Positions 24,739-39,183 of a DNA stretch of 64,000 nt are shown here, in pieces. A program made the translations under genes and the position numbers. Each line of letters begins with the position of its first letter. The first letter of the stretch is position 1. This DNA comes from Paraspadella gotoi (Eukaryota; Animalia; Chaetognatha), in NCBI GenBank assembly GCA_051294375.1, contig CM119264.1, positions 9,050,764 through 9,114,763 of the forward strand. The letters run 5' to 3'. Below the pieces are notes generated by a model. It ran no database searches. It was not told where the DNA came from and saw only the letters and a program-made list of their open reading frames with translations.

Positions 24739-27700
24739 GAGTGAAGGATAGCTTTGCGGAGAAAGTTTTTTATCTGAAAAGCTGAATAGGTTTTTCGAAA
24801 AAAAGTTGAACCGACGCGGCCTGAAAAGTTTTATTCTTTTTTGGTTTGACTACCTGATGTGATGTGTGAACTATTGTTATTATGTTACTAGGTAGTAGAA
24901 AGCTGGAGAATGGTTACTAAAGTTCTATTATTTCCAAATTATATTTAAACATGTTAAACATTCAGACGATGCGGATATACTAAATACGAAAATCGGGCTT
25001 CGTTGTACACCCATACAAAACAGAGATTCCCAGTTTTCAATCATTTTCATTTACATATAAACTTTTCTTTTCTTTTTTCGTCTCATAGCTTTTACTCGTC
25101 CTCAACTAAACTCACCTTCTATCCCTTTTCACCATCTTCACGCAGCCACCTCTCTCCCATTCACATCCCCTAAGGCTCTTCACGCTCCTAACTCTCTTAT
25201 TTTAACTTTCCAGCTCCACTTTCTCACTTTTTCCAACAATCCCTTTGGCCCTTCTTCACCGTTCACGTTCCCTCGCCCTCACCTATCCCCTTTTTACTTC
25301 GCACTTTTCACAATCCCTCACCCTCTTCACTGATCATCTCAATCACTTTCCCCTTAAAAACTCTCTAATTCCGCCCTCCTCTCCTCAGGCTCATTCGGCA
25401 AGGAAATTGATGTGAAGGAAATCTTTGTCGGTGGTCCGGTTGAACTTCTTCGATGCTATCGCCCAAAGCTCTAGGCGATTGACGTTGGCGATAGCGTTGA
25501 TTTTGATTCCTGCGGAGGGAAACAGGTAAGTTCGGCAGAGTGGGTCAGGAAGCTGCCGTCGCTGAAGGCCCTTCTAACATCGCTTCGCAGCACCGTCTCT
25601 ACTCTACGCTCGTGCTAAGCAGAAACCTCCCTTTCGGAAAAAGAGATGGGAACGCAGAGAGCGACAAGAGAAGAAAGCCAAAGGGAAGCAGACCCTGGCC
25701 GTTTTCGTTTCCTTCGGCCTCGTCATAGACCATCTTCAGTCGCTACCAGACCGCTTCCGTCCAGTTCAGAGGTGGTGTGCTCCTTTGATATTTGAATCTC
25801 GGTATGATCATCATCGAAAATCAATCAGAATATTCATTCATCATCAACAGTCAACCGTCCCATCATACTCGACACCTGTACTGTCACCATCGTTACGATA
25901 TCTTCGCAGTAAACGCATGTTTCGAAGTTTCTCCCTCTGACTCGGAAAAACTGCAAAAGAGTCGTGGGGTCCACTTCTTGAAATTCATAAAATATTCACA
26001 CTTATCTGGAGCATTGGAGAAAAAAAAAATACAAGTATACCATCAAGTCATTTAATCCGAGCAAATAAGCTTTGAAAATTTTGGCATCCTGTTTTTTTCA
26101 AGTCTTTCGTTAGAGTTAGAGAGCAATTATCGGTCTGTATGTTACGAATGATTTATTATTGTTAGTGGTGGCGCTGCGCACAGCTTTGGGAATGACTTCA
26201 TCACGTGACCCGAGATTGTTGCGCGAGACCTGCATTGGGCAGGCCGTGTCCTCACCTGATTACAGGGGTTCGTTTGAACACAGAGAGATTTTTCAAACGA
26301 GGATTCGATGAAGTTAGTTTCGTGAGTCAATGGATTAGATGGTCGCACAGATTGTGTCTTTCCCAGTTTCCCACTTTGAGTCGTTTTAAAGAAGAAGTTA
26401 CTTGAAGACGCAGATCTCTCAGACCGGGTATGATTATTGTGGTCTTTTGAATTATTAAGACCCCCCTCTGACTTTTGGCTGCGTCATCAGTCTTACGCTT
26501 GCATGTGATCCAACATCAGGAGATTGCCCGCCATTTTCAGATTATGGTTTCGCGTTCGAGTAGACAGGTTATTGAGAATTATTTCGAGAAAAAATATTTT
26601 TGAAGATGATAAAAGGAGTCTTGAAGACTGTATAATCATGGATGAAGTAAACATGATTGTTGTTGTGTTCTGAGTCGAAATGTGAATTAGCTAATTAAAA
26701 TGTTGGTTTGAATCATGCTCTTTTCATATGTGTGGTCAAGTTTAAACAATATTTAGTTTACAGAGAATTGATTGAGTTTTTAAGTCAATTGAATCGAATG
26801 AAGCATCAATCTACAATCCAATCAATAAATTCATTCATCATTAATCAATCAATCGTTTCCATTGCAATGAATGAATGAATGAATCAATCGAACATCATCA
26901 AGTCAAGCTCAAGTCAATCAATGAGAGAGAGCACTCAATCAAGTATCAAACAATCAATCATCAATCACATCAATCAAACACTCAATAAATCATTCTAGCA
27001 ATCAATGCAAATAGATGCTTGGAGAAAGCAACATATAGGTAGATTATTGGTCTATATCTTTGCTGGCTACGTATTATTCATTCGTACAATTTCAAACTTT
27101 GTGTTATCTTCTATTCTCAACGTTCTTATCTACTCGTTCACTCTGGTTTCACTCTGAGTTTTACTATTATATTCACCCACCAGAGAGATGATCGACATAT
27201 GGAGTGATCATCAACACGAGAAGCTGAACCGAGTCTCCACGCTTGGGTTGCGTTTTCGTTGGTTGCCCGTCAAAGAGGTTTGACAAGAGTTTTTGCTGAC
27301 TAAATATTCTAGTAAAAGTACAACGCGAGCTCCAAAAATGGTCCAAACGCTATTCTTGGTCGGACAAAATCGTAAGCAAAAGGAGACAAAATCGTGGACA
27401 AATATCAAGTCGCAAAAACCCGTAAAAAAACGGTTTTCCAGACGAGCAACGAGTTTCCCCAAAAGAGTGGTTCTAAAAACGACCTGAAAAGTCGAATCAC
27501 AAAAATTATGAAAGTAAAGGTTTCAAATGACCGGACGTCCAAAAACGGCCGAGATAGAAAGAGAGAAAATTGAAACCTAAAACATGATACAAATAACGAG
27601 GCGATTTCTCTTCACTCTCTGCTCTCTCTATCTCCTCTCTCTGCTCTCTCTCTCTCCTCTTCTCATCCTCTCTCTCTCTCTCTCTCTACTCTCTCTCATC

Positions 27701-30700
27701 TCTCTTCAAATACTATTTTTTCAATTTCCTCTTTTCTTTCCCTGCGTCTGAGTTTTTGCTGACGAAATCAAAAAAGGAAAAAAGAAATAAAATGAAATAA
27801 AAACCGTCGAAGGTTTGAGAAAATTCGATACAGGGAGGAAGACGGCGCGACGAAGACGACCACATGACAACGACAACTATAAGGAGGAAAATCAAAATAT
27901 TTTACAAGGAAAACAGCAGAAATAATCAGAACGACGACGAAAGGAACAGGGCCTAAAAATGATGACAACAACGACGAGAAGAAAAGTCGAAGAAAAACAT
28001 CTTTTTTTTCGGCGAAAAATCACTGTGCATTATCGATTTAATGCTGAGGACGACGTATCAAAAAAAAAAGACCTTCTCTTTAACTTTTTTTAACTTTTCT
28101 TTTTCCCCCTCTGACTTTTTTCTCGTGCTCTTTTTAGAAAAATATTTTTTATTTCTTTATGGTTTCTCAAAACGAGAGAGTGCTGAAATTATACTCGAGA
28201 TCACTCGCACCTCCTCCTTCCATACGACGAGCAACCACTCTGGTCTCAAACTCCGTTCCGAACCAGATTTCAGATTTCCCAATTCTCTTACCAAATTTTG
28301 TCTCGTCAGGACGTCACTCGAAAACGTCGGCCGACATGATTCACTTCCCACTCGAAAGGCGGCGCTTAGTTTCGGGAGGCGCTTTCGTGAAAAGGGGCGC
28401 GCGCATAGGAAGTGCCGTGTGGTTTGGAAGGCCAAATAACAAAAGGAAATTTAAATTAAAAAAACAGGAAAATTTAATAAAAACGGCGTCGTTGATAAAA
28501 AAATAGTTTACTTAAATGAAATGGAGGAGATCGTCAAATTTAAAGAGGTAAAATAAAACGTTAAAAGACCATTCTTATTTTTTCAAAAAAAAGCAAAGAG
28601 AATTGTTTTTTTTCTTTGCCGAGATATTTTTTCTCTGTCAAAAGTTGAGAGGTAAACTCGTCAAATAAAAAGAACTTTTTCTCTCTCTCATTTTCTCTGT
28701 CTCTGTTTCGTATAGCCCGTAAGAGAAAAATTGAATTCAATTTTACGCCAGCAAACAATGGTTTTAAGGTAATATTTTATCGAAATTATATATTTCTATC
28801 TTTTCTAATAATTTTTTTTTGTTGAAAAAAAAAAACCAACCTATTTTTTCCTGTTCTCTTTGCTTAGTTTTAGAATCTTTTCATCTTTCTTATTCTCCTT
28901 TTCATTATTGTTTATTGTTTGTACACCTCCCCTCCCTTCTCTTTCAACTTCCTCTTCTCGCTCTCTCTCTCCCATGTTCCTTTATTACGCCCCCCATTGC
29001 TCCCCCCTGCGGAAATTAAATCCTCTCTCTTCCTCCTTTTTCTCTCGTTATCACGATTTCTCCGGGTTTCCATCCTTCCCCCCTCCTCCTCCTTCTCCTC
29101 ACTTTTCCATCCTTTTTCCCTCGTGCTTTTCACGTCCTTTCCTTTTTTTCTATTTTTTTTTCTCCTCCGTTTTCGTTCCTTTTGCTTTCCCAGGCCGGCC
29201 GCGCCGGACTTGCCGGTGACTAGTATTGCCTCAGTTTATTTCACGTATTCATTATATATCTTGAAATATAAACATGGCTGGTCTTGAGTAGATGAAAAAT
29301 AGGTAATGTTATGTAGAAAAAACAATTCACAAATCAATAGTAAGAAACGTTCTTTTCTTTTCTAAAAATCAAGCAGATGAGTTAACTTGGAAAAAGAGCA
29401 AATGTGTGAAAGCACTTCATCTTACCGAGTCAAGTTGAACAGATTATACATTTACCGGTGCCTGAATCTAACAGCGAATAATACGTACCTTCAAATCACG
29501 GTAAGTATTACACTGTCCATTATTTATATTAGCTGATAAGGGCAAAGAGAAAGAAATTATGTTTGAGTTTTAAGGAGGATGCGATTGCAGTGCAGAAGGA
29601 GAATACCCAAGCAGATGGAGACGGAATCTCGCGCGCAGCAGACGACATGCCCCGACATGCAGCAGAGCGAGTCAACCGAAAGAGGAGTGCATAACTCTGT
29701 CACTGGGACGTTCTATGCTGCACGACGCATGGCAGCGGGCATTACCGAATCGGACAGCGAGAGGGCGGATAGAGCGAGACGATCGAACATAAAGGGGATG
29801 AGACGTCGCAGAATGCGAGGTCGATCTTAGAGAGCAAGGTGATATACGTGCGAGGTGCTTATACGCCTAGTCAGATAATAGTAGTGAACTACCCAGAAAC
29901 AATGAATTTTGAAACACTAATAATTCGTTGAGAAAGACGAGACGTTAATTATCTATATATTATGCTTTAAAAGTATAAACTCTTATATTACTATACGTAG
30001 ATATTTAGAGTATACAAAGGCATTTATAAAACTATGTCTCAATCTCGTAAATAAGTTTATTGTTATAACTTTTAGCAAGCAAGATAAAAATTAACGTCCG
30101 ATTCTGAGAATAAAAGATTATCAGAGAAGAAAATATGAATAGTTTTACTGTAGAGAGCCCGAAGTAGAGATACCGAGATTTGAGAGACAGACGAGTAGTA
30201 AGAGAGAGAGCAAGGAAGGCAGAGGGTAAATGAAGATGGAAGTATTGCACAAACGAGTATTATGTAGTGGTATTTATTTCCATAAATAGCGGGAGGGACT
30301 GCCCGGCCCCAGGAGCCGTAAGCCGGGCACGAGAAGTCTGCTCTTTCTATATAACTGCTGCAGCCTCGGCACCTTACGCGCATCTCTCCAGCCCGTTTTG
30401 ACAAGTGCATCGAGCAAGGCATGATTCAGACCGCCAAAAAACAGAGAAAGCAGGTTCGCGTCTGGGCCTTTGTGAAAAATAGCACGGAAGGATAGCTGTT
30501 ATGAGAGCGGTTTGAATATAGAGTTAACACCCTCCTTACCAGATTTTGATCCGATCTGCATACCTTCCACATGGAGTACCACTGGGTAGTAAGTAAATTA
30601 CCCTATGATGTTTTTAATCAACGAACCCGGTTTTATTAAATTTCTGTGTCTGTGTAATTTAAAATGGTTCAGGTAGCTAGTAGAGTGTTATGCCACAGGA

Positions 30701-32560
30701 ACACCGGCGAAGACTTACTAGGGCAGCGACGCAGAGGATGTAGACCCAGGCTGGACCTACCCGAAAACTATGACGAGAGCACGGAGAGATACGACCGAAG
30801 ATGAGAAGAGAATAACGAAAAGAGCGGAGAGGATGAGTTTCAGGAGCGGCCGGTAATAAATTCGCATATTGTATCGTACTTGATCGCGAAGAAATTATGA
30901 GAGAGGAATGGAAAATCTGGAAAATATACAGGAAGAGTTAGAGAAGAACGGTAAGTTGAGACACGAGCTGAGAGACTACAGGTCTATAAGGAGAGAGATG
31001 CGAAGTGATCTGAAGTTAGGGTAGATATCGGCAGAATAAAGTGGGTTCGGTTGAAGGGAACCATAGATAGTAGAAATAAGAGAAAATAGGTTTAAAATGT
31101 AATCTAAGGAAGAAGAAGGAAAGTCGCAGGGAGGGGGGGGAAGAGAAGCGGTCCGAAAAATGAGAAAAATACGATAAGAGAACGTTGCGAGAAACAAGAA
31201 GGAAGATGGAAACACGAAATGGTTAGGAATGTGAGTGTAATCGAAGCTTCTAGTCAGTGGTCGTATCGGCACTATCAAGAATAGGTTTTTTGGTGTGCGA
31301 AAGAGATACAAGCTAAGGCATAAATGTTTCGCTTGGTGCTGTTTTTTTGCTCAGGCGCTATTCTGTTTCTGCGGTCATTGCAATTAGTCTGGCCCTCTTC
31401 AAATTGTTCCTTGTCTTAAAATTGGGTGGAGATTGTTCTGCATTTGGGGTTTAACTTACCAATATATCTTTATAAATCTATTGGGTATTTAAGATAATAA
31501 ATCGGAGTCGTCCTCTCGGCCTGCAGGAAGATAATTTTCTTTGACAATTGATTCTCGGGACCTACGCTTTAGGGTTATATTTTATTTATTTATTAAGATA
31601 TAAATACCTTTCCTCTTATCTGTCAGTTTTCCTTTCACTTCTTCGCCTTTTGAGGGGAAACATTAAAATGATACAAAGTGCCCATGGATAAAAAGTTTCT
31701 CGTCGATTGGTAAAAGCGGAGAGAAGGGGAGGAAGAAGGAGAGGAGGAGAAAGAGGCACACAACGTCTGGTGGAAAAGATGGAATTCAGACATCTCGGCG
31801 CCGAGAATGCAATTAGGGATAAAAGAAGAAGGAAGCCTTTGCCTGAATAAGAGATGTAGAGAGAGAGAGAGAGAGGAGAGAGAGGAGGAGAGAAGAGGGG
31901 AGAGAAAGGGAGAGAGAAGACGAAGAGAGGCGAGAGGAGAAGTGAGTAGCAATGAGATGGCGAGAGAAAGAAGGAGAGATGAGAGAGAGTGAGAGTCTGA
32001 TGAGGGCACTGCCGCGCATCTGGGGCCAAAGGGAGACTTAAGCCGTTTGTCGCGCATTTTCTGTTGAGGAATAAAGGAGAAGGGAGGAGAGAGGGGGTGG
32101 GAACGATGATGGCGATGGGTTATAAAGAATGAAAAAAATGTAATAATTGCGGTGAGTTTAAATATAGTTACTAGATAAAGCTACGTCTGACAATAACTTC
32201 AAAGTCCAAGAATTACTGCCAAGAAAACATATTTTAATTTTATATTATTTAATGATATTGTTACAAATACGATGGATTAGTATGCTCAATTTCACTTCAA
32301 AACGATTTTTAAAGAATATAAAAAGAGCAATCTGCTATTATAATAAAATTCATTAAATAGATACTACCCATTTGTCTCTTCAAGCTTACAGTCTATATTC
32401 TGAAATGTATCAGATTCCAAGTGCTATTTGTTTACAAAACCTTTTCTTTTAACTAAATTAGTTAATTCTTTGCATCAAGAGATGTGTCGCGTTCAATACA
32501 TATTTGACAAGAGGCGCTATACTAAAAATTTAAGAGGGGAGCCTAACTCAGTAAGGTGGT
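24430..32560 (+). repeat. Noisy duplicate of ~11500-19650 (very degraded at 29190-31600)
   Basis: Colinear matches from TTCTCTCTTTTTAAAAC.. to ..CTCAGTAAGGTGGTTA. Confidence 0.9.
25391..26534 (-). CDS. Second, indel-noisy copy of the roadblock-like gene (probably an allele or assembly duplicate)
   Basis: Same exons as 13432-14797, but lacking the intronic insertion. Confidence 0.6.
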
Positions 32561-33415
32561 TACAAAATTGAATTAAGCACCTTCTCAAACGAAAATTTAG
32601 ACATTTTTAAAAAAATTTGAACAGACAAAAAATTTAATATTACTCCATACTACATATATTATTTTTGTAATATTTATTATAAATAGGAAGGCTAAAAATT
32701 TTTTAGGATTTTTTTTTATTTTAAGATCAGATTCAAGTAGCTTGCAAAAAGTTTTCTACACAAAGTATTATTCTTTTTTCGATATTTTGATCATAAGTGT
32801 GTGAAAAATATGAAAAACTATTAATCATCATCATCATCATCATCATCTTCGATAATTTTATTAATTTTCTTAATTTTGACCAAGAAAACATAAAATATTT
32901 TGAAGTTGTAGTTATATTTTTTATTTAATTTTTATGCTCTATCAGAATCCATCAAAAAGTTAAGATTGATTTAAAAATTTTTTTATCATTTTATAGTAAT
33001 ATTGTAATTTAATAGCAACAATAAAAGAATTAAAATCGAACTTTTTTAAAAAAATTATTTTTTTACCTAAAAGTAGACTTCAAGACTAAAGTTTTGAACC
33101 CCGCTATTGAATTTAATTCATAGTAGATTTCTAATTTAAGATAAAATATTTTTCACTCTCTCTTTTGTCTTTGAGATATTTAGTTAGTTCGATCGAAGAG
33201 AGAATGCGGACTTTTTCGATCGAATCCATTCGGAAAATCTGAATTCGGGAAAAATAACCATTTTAGTTGGATTATAAAAAGGGATCTCATTTGTATTCGC
33301 TGCCGAGTATAGCTTTTAACTTTAAGTTGTTACTGACGGACAGAAATGGATTAACGTTTTTCCAGAAAAAAAAAAATATAGTAAACCTGCCAAGGTTCCA
33401 ATTTTGACTCAATTT

Positions 33416-35192
33416 CCTCAACAAAATTAGGCTTCAAGGGGAAAATATACAGGGAGGTCCAGCTCTAATCGGACTAACTCAAGTGCTTACAGCACAAAGA
33501 AGATCCAACAGCAATTACTGTTTTTAAAGCTTTTTTCATAACATGTTGAAATTCTTCGCGCCGCTTCCTTACAAAATTTAAGGAAATTTTACTGAAAATC
33601 AAGATGAAGGTTAGTAACTTCTGACTTTTGACTGCCTAGTTTCTCCGACTGCAATCCCCTGATTAATAAAAATGTAGATACAGAAGCAGAATGTCCACGC
33701 ATCCCCTCTAGAACTGTCGACTTTCTGACAGCAACCAAGTGATAGAAATGACAACATTCCTAACGGGCGCGGTCCCAAAAGCATGTGCCGCCTTCTCTTC
33801 ATGGTTGCGAAGGTGAATCTTGTTAATTGATCATACAACCTACAACCATCATTACAACCTTTTACAAGTTATACCAATTTTCATTCAATTATCTTTTATT
33901 TACCCAAGCAAACAATTTTTTAGTCAGTTCCAAAAGAGCTGGACTCCTGTAAACTAAAGTTTCAATCAATTAACTCGATTTTAAATCTTTAAATAAATTT
34001 CCGCGTCCACTCCCTTAAAAAAAATTCATTCCAGGCAAACATTCCAATTTTTTTTTCCGTTAACATTTGAATAGAACGTTGGTGATGAAATCAGACGCTT
34101 TTGCCTGGTTCTTGATCTCGCCCGTGAAAAAAAATAACATCTTATTTACTTTTATAAACTAAATTTAAAATGACATCTAGAATTGTTGCAGCTGCTGATT
34201 ATCCCTAAAACTGGATTAGTACCGATCAAACCCCTTTTTTTGGCGTTGAGAAGATAACGAGTTTCATTGAGACAGTGAAAAACATTGGCTCTTATGACCA
34301 NNNNNNNNNNNNNNNNNNNNNNNNNCCTCAAACAAATTAGGCTTCAAGGGGAAAATATACAGGGAGGTCCAGCTCTAATGGACTAACTCCAAGTGCTTAC
34401 AGCACAAAGAAGATCCAACAGCAAATTACTGTTTTTAAAGCTTTTTTCATAACATGTTGAAATTCTTCGCGCCGCTTCCTTACAAAATTTAAGGAAATTT
34501 TACTGAAAATCAAAGAAAGGTTAGTAACTTCTGACTTTTGACTGCCTAGTTTCTCCGACTGCAATCCCCTGATTAATAAAAATGTAGGATACAGAAGCAG
34601 AATGTCCACGCATCCCTCTAGAACTGTCGACTTTCTGACAGCAACCATAGTGATAGAAATGACAACTTCCTAACGGGCGCGGTCCAAAGCAGCGCCTTCT
34701 CTTCATGGTGCGAAGGTGAATCTTGTTAATTGATCATTACAACCCTACAACTCAATTATCAACCTTTTACAAGTTATACCAATTTTCATTCAATTATTTT
34801 TTATTTACCCAAGCAAACAATTTTTTTTGTCAGTCAGTCCAAAAGAGCTGGACTCCTGTAAACTAAAGTTTCAATCAATTAACTCGATTTTAAATCTTTA
34901 AATAAATTTCCGCGTCCACTCCCTTAAAAAAAAAAGAATACTCATTCCAGGCAAACATTCCAATTTTTTTTTCCCGTTAACACTTTGATCAGAACGTGTA
35001 GAAGCAGATATTTTGACCTATTCTTGATATTCTTTTGGAGAAAAAAATAAATCTAACTAAAATAAATTTAAAATTGACATCTAGAATGCTGCAGCTTCAT
35101 TATCCTAAAACTGGATTAGTACCGAAGCAAACCCCTTTTTTTGGCGTTGAGAAGATAACGAGTTTCATTGAGACAGTGAAAACATTGGCTCC
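33416..35192 (+). repeat. Tandem ~0.87 kb duplicate (33416-34295 vs 34326-35192) separated by an N-gap
   Basis: Both units begin CCTCAA..CAAAATTAGGCTTCAAGGGG and end GAAAAACATTGGCTC. Confidence 0.9.
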
Positions 35193-35563
35193 ATTATAGA
35201 AAAAAAAAAAAAAGAAATTTAATGAGGGTATCTGAGCGTGAAACAAATTAAATATAAAACTTTAAGCCGAAATATTATAAATATTTTAATTTTTAAGCGT
35301 AAAGAAGCCCGCAGTCTCACCATCGATTCTAGGTTTTTCTTGTGTTATAACATCCGATCCAATTAAAAGCATTGAAAAGGATTTCTTTCCCTCGTTAAAG
35401 TTAAAAGCCGTAAAAACTACAGATTAAAAATAATTTGAATTAATTCAATTCGATCTGCATGTTTTTTTTTCAATTCATTATACATAATTAACACTAGCTG
35501 ATTCAATGCCTTTGTCCATTGATAAATGGAAACAGCTATTTTTTCGCAATCTCGCTTGGAAAA

Positions 35564-38500
35564 ATGATTTCAAATTTTTAGCGATTTTCGCTTTCTCATC
35601 TTCTTAGGCAAAACCCTGGCTTTTGACACGGGTGAACTATAATATCTTAATGTTCTCAACTTTTTTATTTGATAAACATTTTATTTGTAAAAAATTCTAA
35701 GCTAGATAGGACAATTTAAAAAGAATTTGTGTGCACATGTCATTTTTAAATACGTTATATTAATTTATTTTTATAATGCTAGCCGAAGGCGGCATGATTA
35801 TTAAAATTTACTAAAATAATTATGCGTAAAATTATTCATTTATAACTTATAATTTACTCCAACGTAACATTCAAAACTGCGATAATCCAATAATACAATA
35901 TAATACAATACAATATAATTTAAGGTCAATTCTTCTGCTTTCTTTCGACGGATTTCGCTTTCGATTATTTCAAAAAACTGGAATCGAACCTCACAAAATT
36001 TTCGACGGGGTGATCGCGAGGAGGGAGTCAAGACTTCGGGTGAGTATCACTTAGTTAGGTAGCGAGTAGTCAAGAGGCGAAACATGTTCGGAGTTTAATA
36101 GTTTTAGTTATAAATTGGATCTCGAAAAAAAAAAAACTTTTACGTATGTCTGATGATCAATTCTTTTCCATTTCAAAAAAATGAACGAGAGACTCTTCTT
36201 TTTCTCTTCTTCGTCAGACGGCGTCTTCCTCCGTTCGTGGACTAACACATTTCCGAGTCATACCTCGACATTCACTGGCCTTTACGTCGAGAGTCACGGC
36301 GTCGTTGGGATTATTTTTACGATCCCGAGTCTTACGAATCATTCAGGTATGAGAGAAGGAAATTGATTTGATATTTTGAAAATGGCTTCTGACTGATTGG
36401 GAGTTAAAATCGAAAAAAATGTAAATTGGTTCACCTTTGTAAAAAAAAAAAACAAACAATACATTTTGGTTTGATTCTTAAATATGTTCCGGCGATACCA
36501 CAACTTTTTTTAAATCAATGAATGAATGAATAAAAGAATGAATGTATGAATGATTGAACCAATTAATAAAAAAAAAATCAATCAATGAAATCATGAAATC
36601 AAGCAAATCATCCATCAAATCGATTTAGAGACGAAATAATAACTTTTAATGGTTGACAACAACGAGAATGTTTTTACATGAAAACGGATATATGTTTCGA
36701 CTAAATGTTAGACTTCGTTTTCACTGTTAAAGGCTAACAATTATCGAAACATGTCCGTTTTCATGTAAAAACCTTCTCGTTGTTGTCATTTATTAAAAAG
36801 TTAAGTCAATAGAAGTAAATAAAATTAAAAAAAAAGTGAAATATTGGCTTTCCAGCTACCGGCTCAAGACTTGATCCCAAGTGGTGGAACGGGGGCGAAC
36901 CCATTTGGGGTGACGGCGAGACGACACGGACTCAAATCCGCGACTTTACTTTTGGGTCGGAAGGGAAATAGAAATCAGAGATGGAGGCAAATCATTACAA
37001 GTTGTCATTGATATTGTAAGAGATTCATAGGTAGTGATATTGTACTGAATGGTGACCTTCCTATACTAAGTTTATTACAAAACAATGGACCGGGTCATCA
37101 TTATATCACAATTCCAAGAAGACTTGAGAAGAGCGTGAAATGTCGTTTGCTTGAATTATCAATGAAAAAGAATTTAAAAAAATGTTTTTTCTCTTTCTCT
37201 TTATTTTTCTCTTTGAGATGTACGATCCTCGAGTTCCCTTCGAGGATCGAAGTCGATCAGGGGATCAAGTGGTTGACGAGGTAAGTATTAATCGCCGGCC
37301 GAACGGCAAGACTGGAAAGATCTAGAATTTACCACACTTACCATACTTATTTTCCCTAACCAAGGAATCGATGTGGTCCTGCATCCTATCTTCAACGAGC
37401 CCGACTTTACAGGCCCACATGTACGGTCCTAATTCCCAGAGGCGTCGAGGCCAGTCTTAAGATGACACTTTTGGGTACGTTACACAAAACCACAAATCAT
37501 TAATAAATAATTAATTTTTTTTAAACGATCTGATTATATGATTCAAACTATCCATTCATTTTTACATTATAAAAAGTAAAAAGAAATTTTTAAAATTTAT
37601 CGAACTTATTCTTAATGATGTTGCGATCACTCTACCTCCCCTCAGGAGAAAGCATCCTGGAGGTTAGAGGCCAAGGGTCTCGATTCAAGTGTTAATCTCC
37701 TGTTGACGAGCGAACCAACGGAATGGTTGATATTTGGCCAATCAAACAATCTCTTTGCGCGAGCTACATCGACATGAGGTGGCTGGTGTCGACGTTTTTC
37801 TAATATTGGTTTAACAATCTATCTTGGCTGTATGGTTGATTGATTTGTTAATAAAATTTATTATTTTATAGTCTATGCAATAAAAAATTGATAATTGTCA
37901 GATGTTCCACTCTAGTAGACAGATAATCCTTCACTCTTTTTATTTTTAGCCAAATCCGCGTGGTCTTTTGGGGTCCGACAACGATGATTCGTTCAACTTC
38001 GCGCAAAGACACGCTGGAGGTGTTACAAGCCTCAAGACGGCGCAACCCCCCGATGAAGGTATTCATGAAGAAGCGATATTCCCGAGAGATGGCGTTATAA
38101 GGGACCAAACGAGAGATCAATGGATATTCTCGCCGTTGCAGACGAAAGTTGGTTCGTTTTGAAAACGATGTTTGAATAAGCCTACGAAATTGTAAAGTCA
38201 ATTGTTAGAAGATAGTCCAAGTGAGGAATATTGAGTCAAATATCTTGACTATTACTTATAAACTTGTATCTTTTCCTTTCTTTTCGTTGTTTATGTGAGA
38301 TTTGGTTCAAGTACAGCGAGAATCAAGGACCGAAAAACATGTCCAAAATAATTTATGGAAACCGTTGTTTTAATGGCAAAATAAATTCTCTGCTACTTTG
38401 TAACCAAATACTTATAAACTAAAATGACATTTATTCCGGCAGGTACATCGTTGACGAAGACAAAGGGTTTCCCGACAGACAAAGACTCAGGCCGAGCAAA

Positions 38501-38805
38501 GAAAGGAACTCACGGCTACGAATATGCCCTTTCTCCATGAGGGACATTTTTTTCGCCAAAAGGTTCGCGTTGCCTAATTGCATGCCTCATTTTCACGGGG
38601 AGGTACGTGTCAGCGACTGGCACCAAAAATTTCATTCTATTGCAGGTCCGGGCATCGCCTCAGGCAAGTGTCCCGAAGCTTCGACAGTGTTACTACTACA
38701 GCCTAATGTGTCGTCTGCTGGGGATTCCCCGCTGCCCCCAACAACGGCACGGTGGAGGTGGGTTCGGAACATCCCCTCAAAGACAGATTCGTCGCGGGTC
38801 TTCTG
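35564..38805 (+). CDS. ENPP-family phosphodiesterase, copy 1 (noisy, cut off before the hydrophobic tail; differs from copies 2 and 3 at shared sites)
   Basis: Same exon chain as 39184-42547, with indels. Confidence 0.7.
36628..36803. mobile_element. Foldback MITE in ENPP intron, copy 1 (right arm partly deleted)
   Basis: Same palindrome as 40280-40471. Confidence 0.7.
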
Positions 38806-39183
38806 GGGAAGGGGGTGAAAAAAAAAAAAGAAAATTTAATGAGGGTATCTGAGCGTGAAACAAAATTAAATATAAAACTTTAAGCCGAAATAATTATAAA
38901 TATTTTAATTTTAAACGTAAAGAAGCCCGCAGTCTCACCATCGATTTCTAGTTTTTCTTGTGTTATAACATCCGAGTCCTAATTCAAAGCATTGAAAAGG
39001 ATTTCTTTCCCTCGTTAAAAGTTAAAAGCCGTAAAAACTACAGATTAAAAATAATTTGAATTAATTCAATTCGATCTGCATAATTTTTTTTCTCATTCAT
39101 TATACATAAATTAACACTAGTGATTCATGCCTTTGTCATTATAAATGGAAACAGCTTTTTTTTCGCAATCTCGCTTGGAAAAA

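Noticed and set aside
29190-31600. Apparently novel higher-complexity sequence with short ORFs
   Set aside because: Anchors show it is a heavily corrupted copy of ~17330-18720.
33440-33840. Minus-strand ORF-like block (duplicated at 34340-34740)
   Set aside because: The frames disagree between the copies and no family motif is recognisable.
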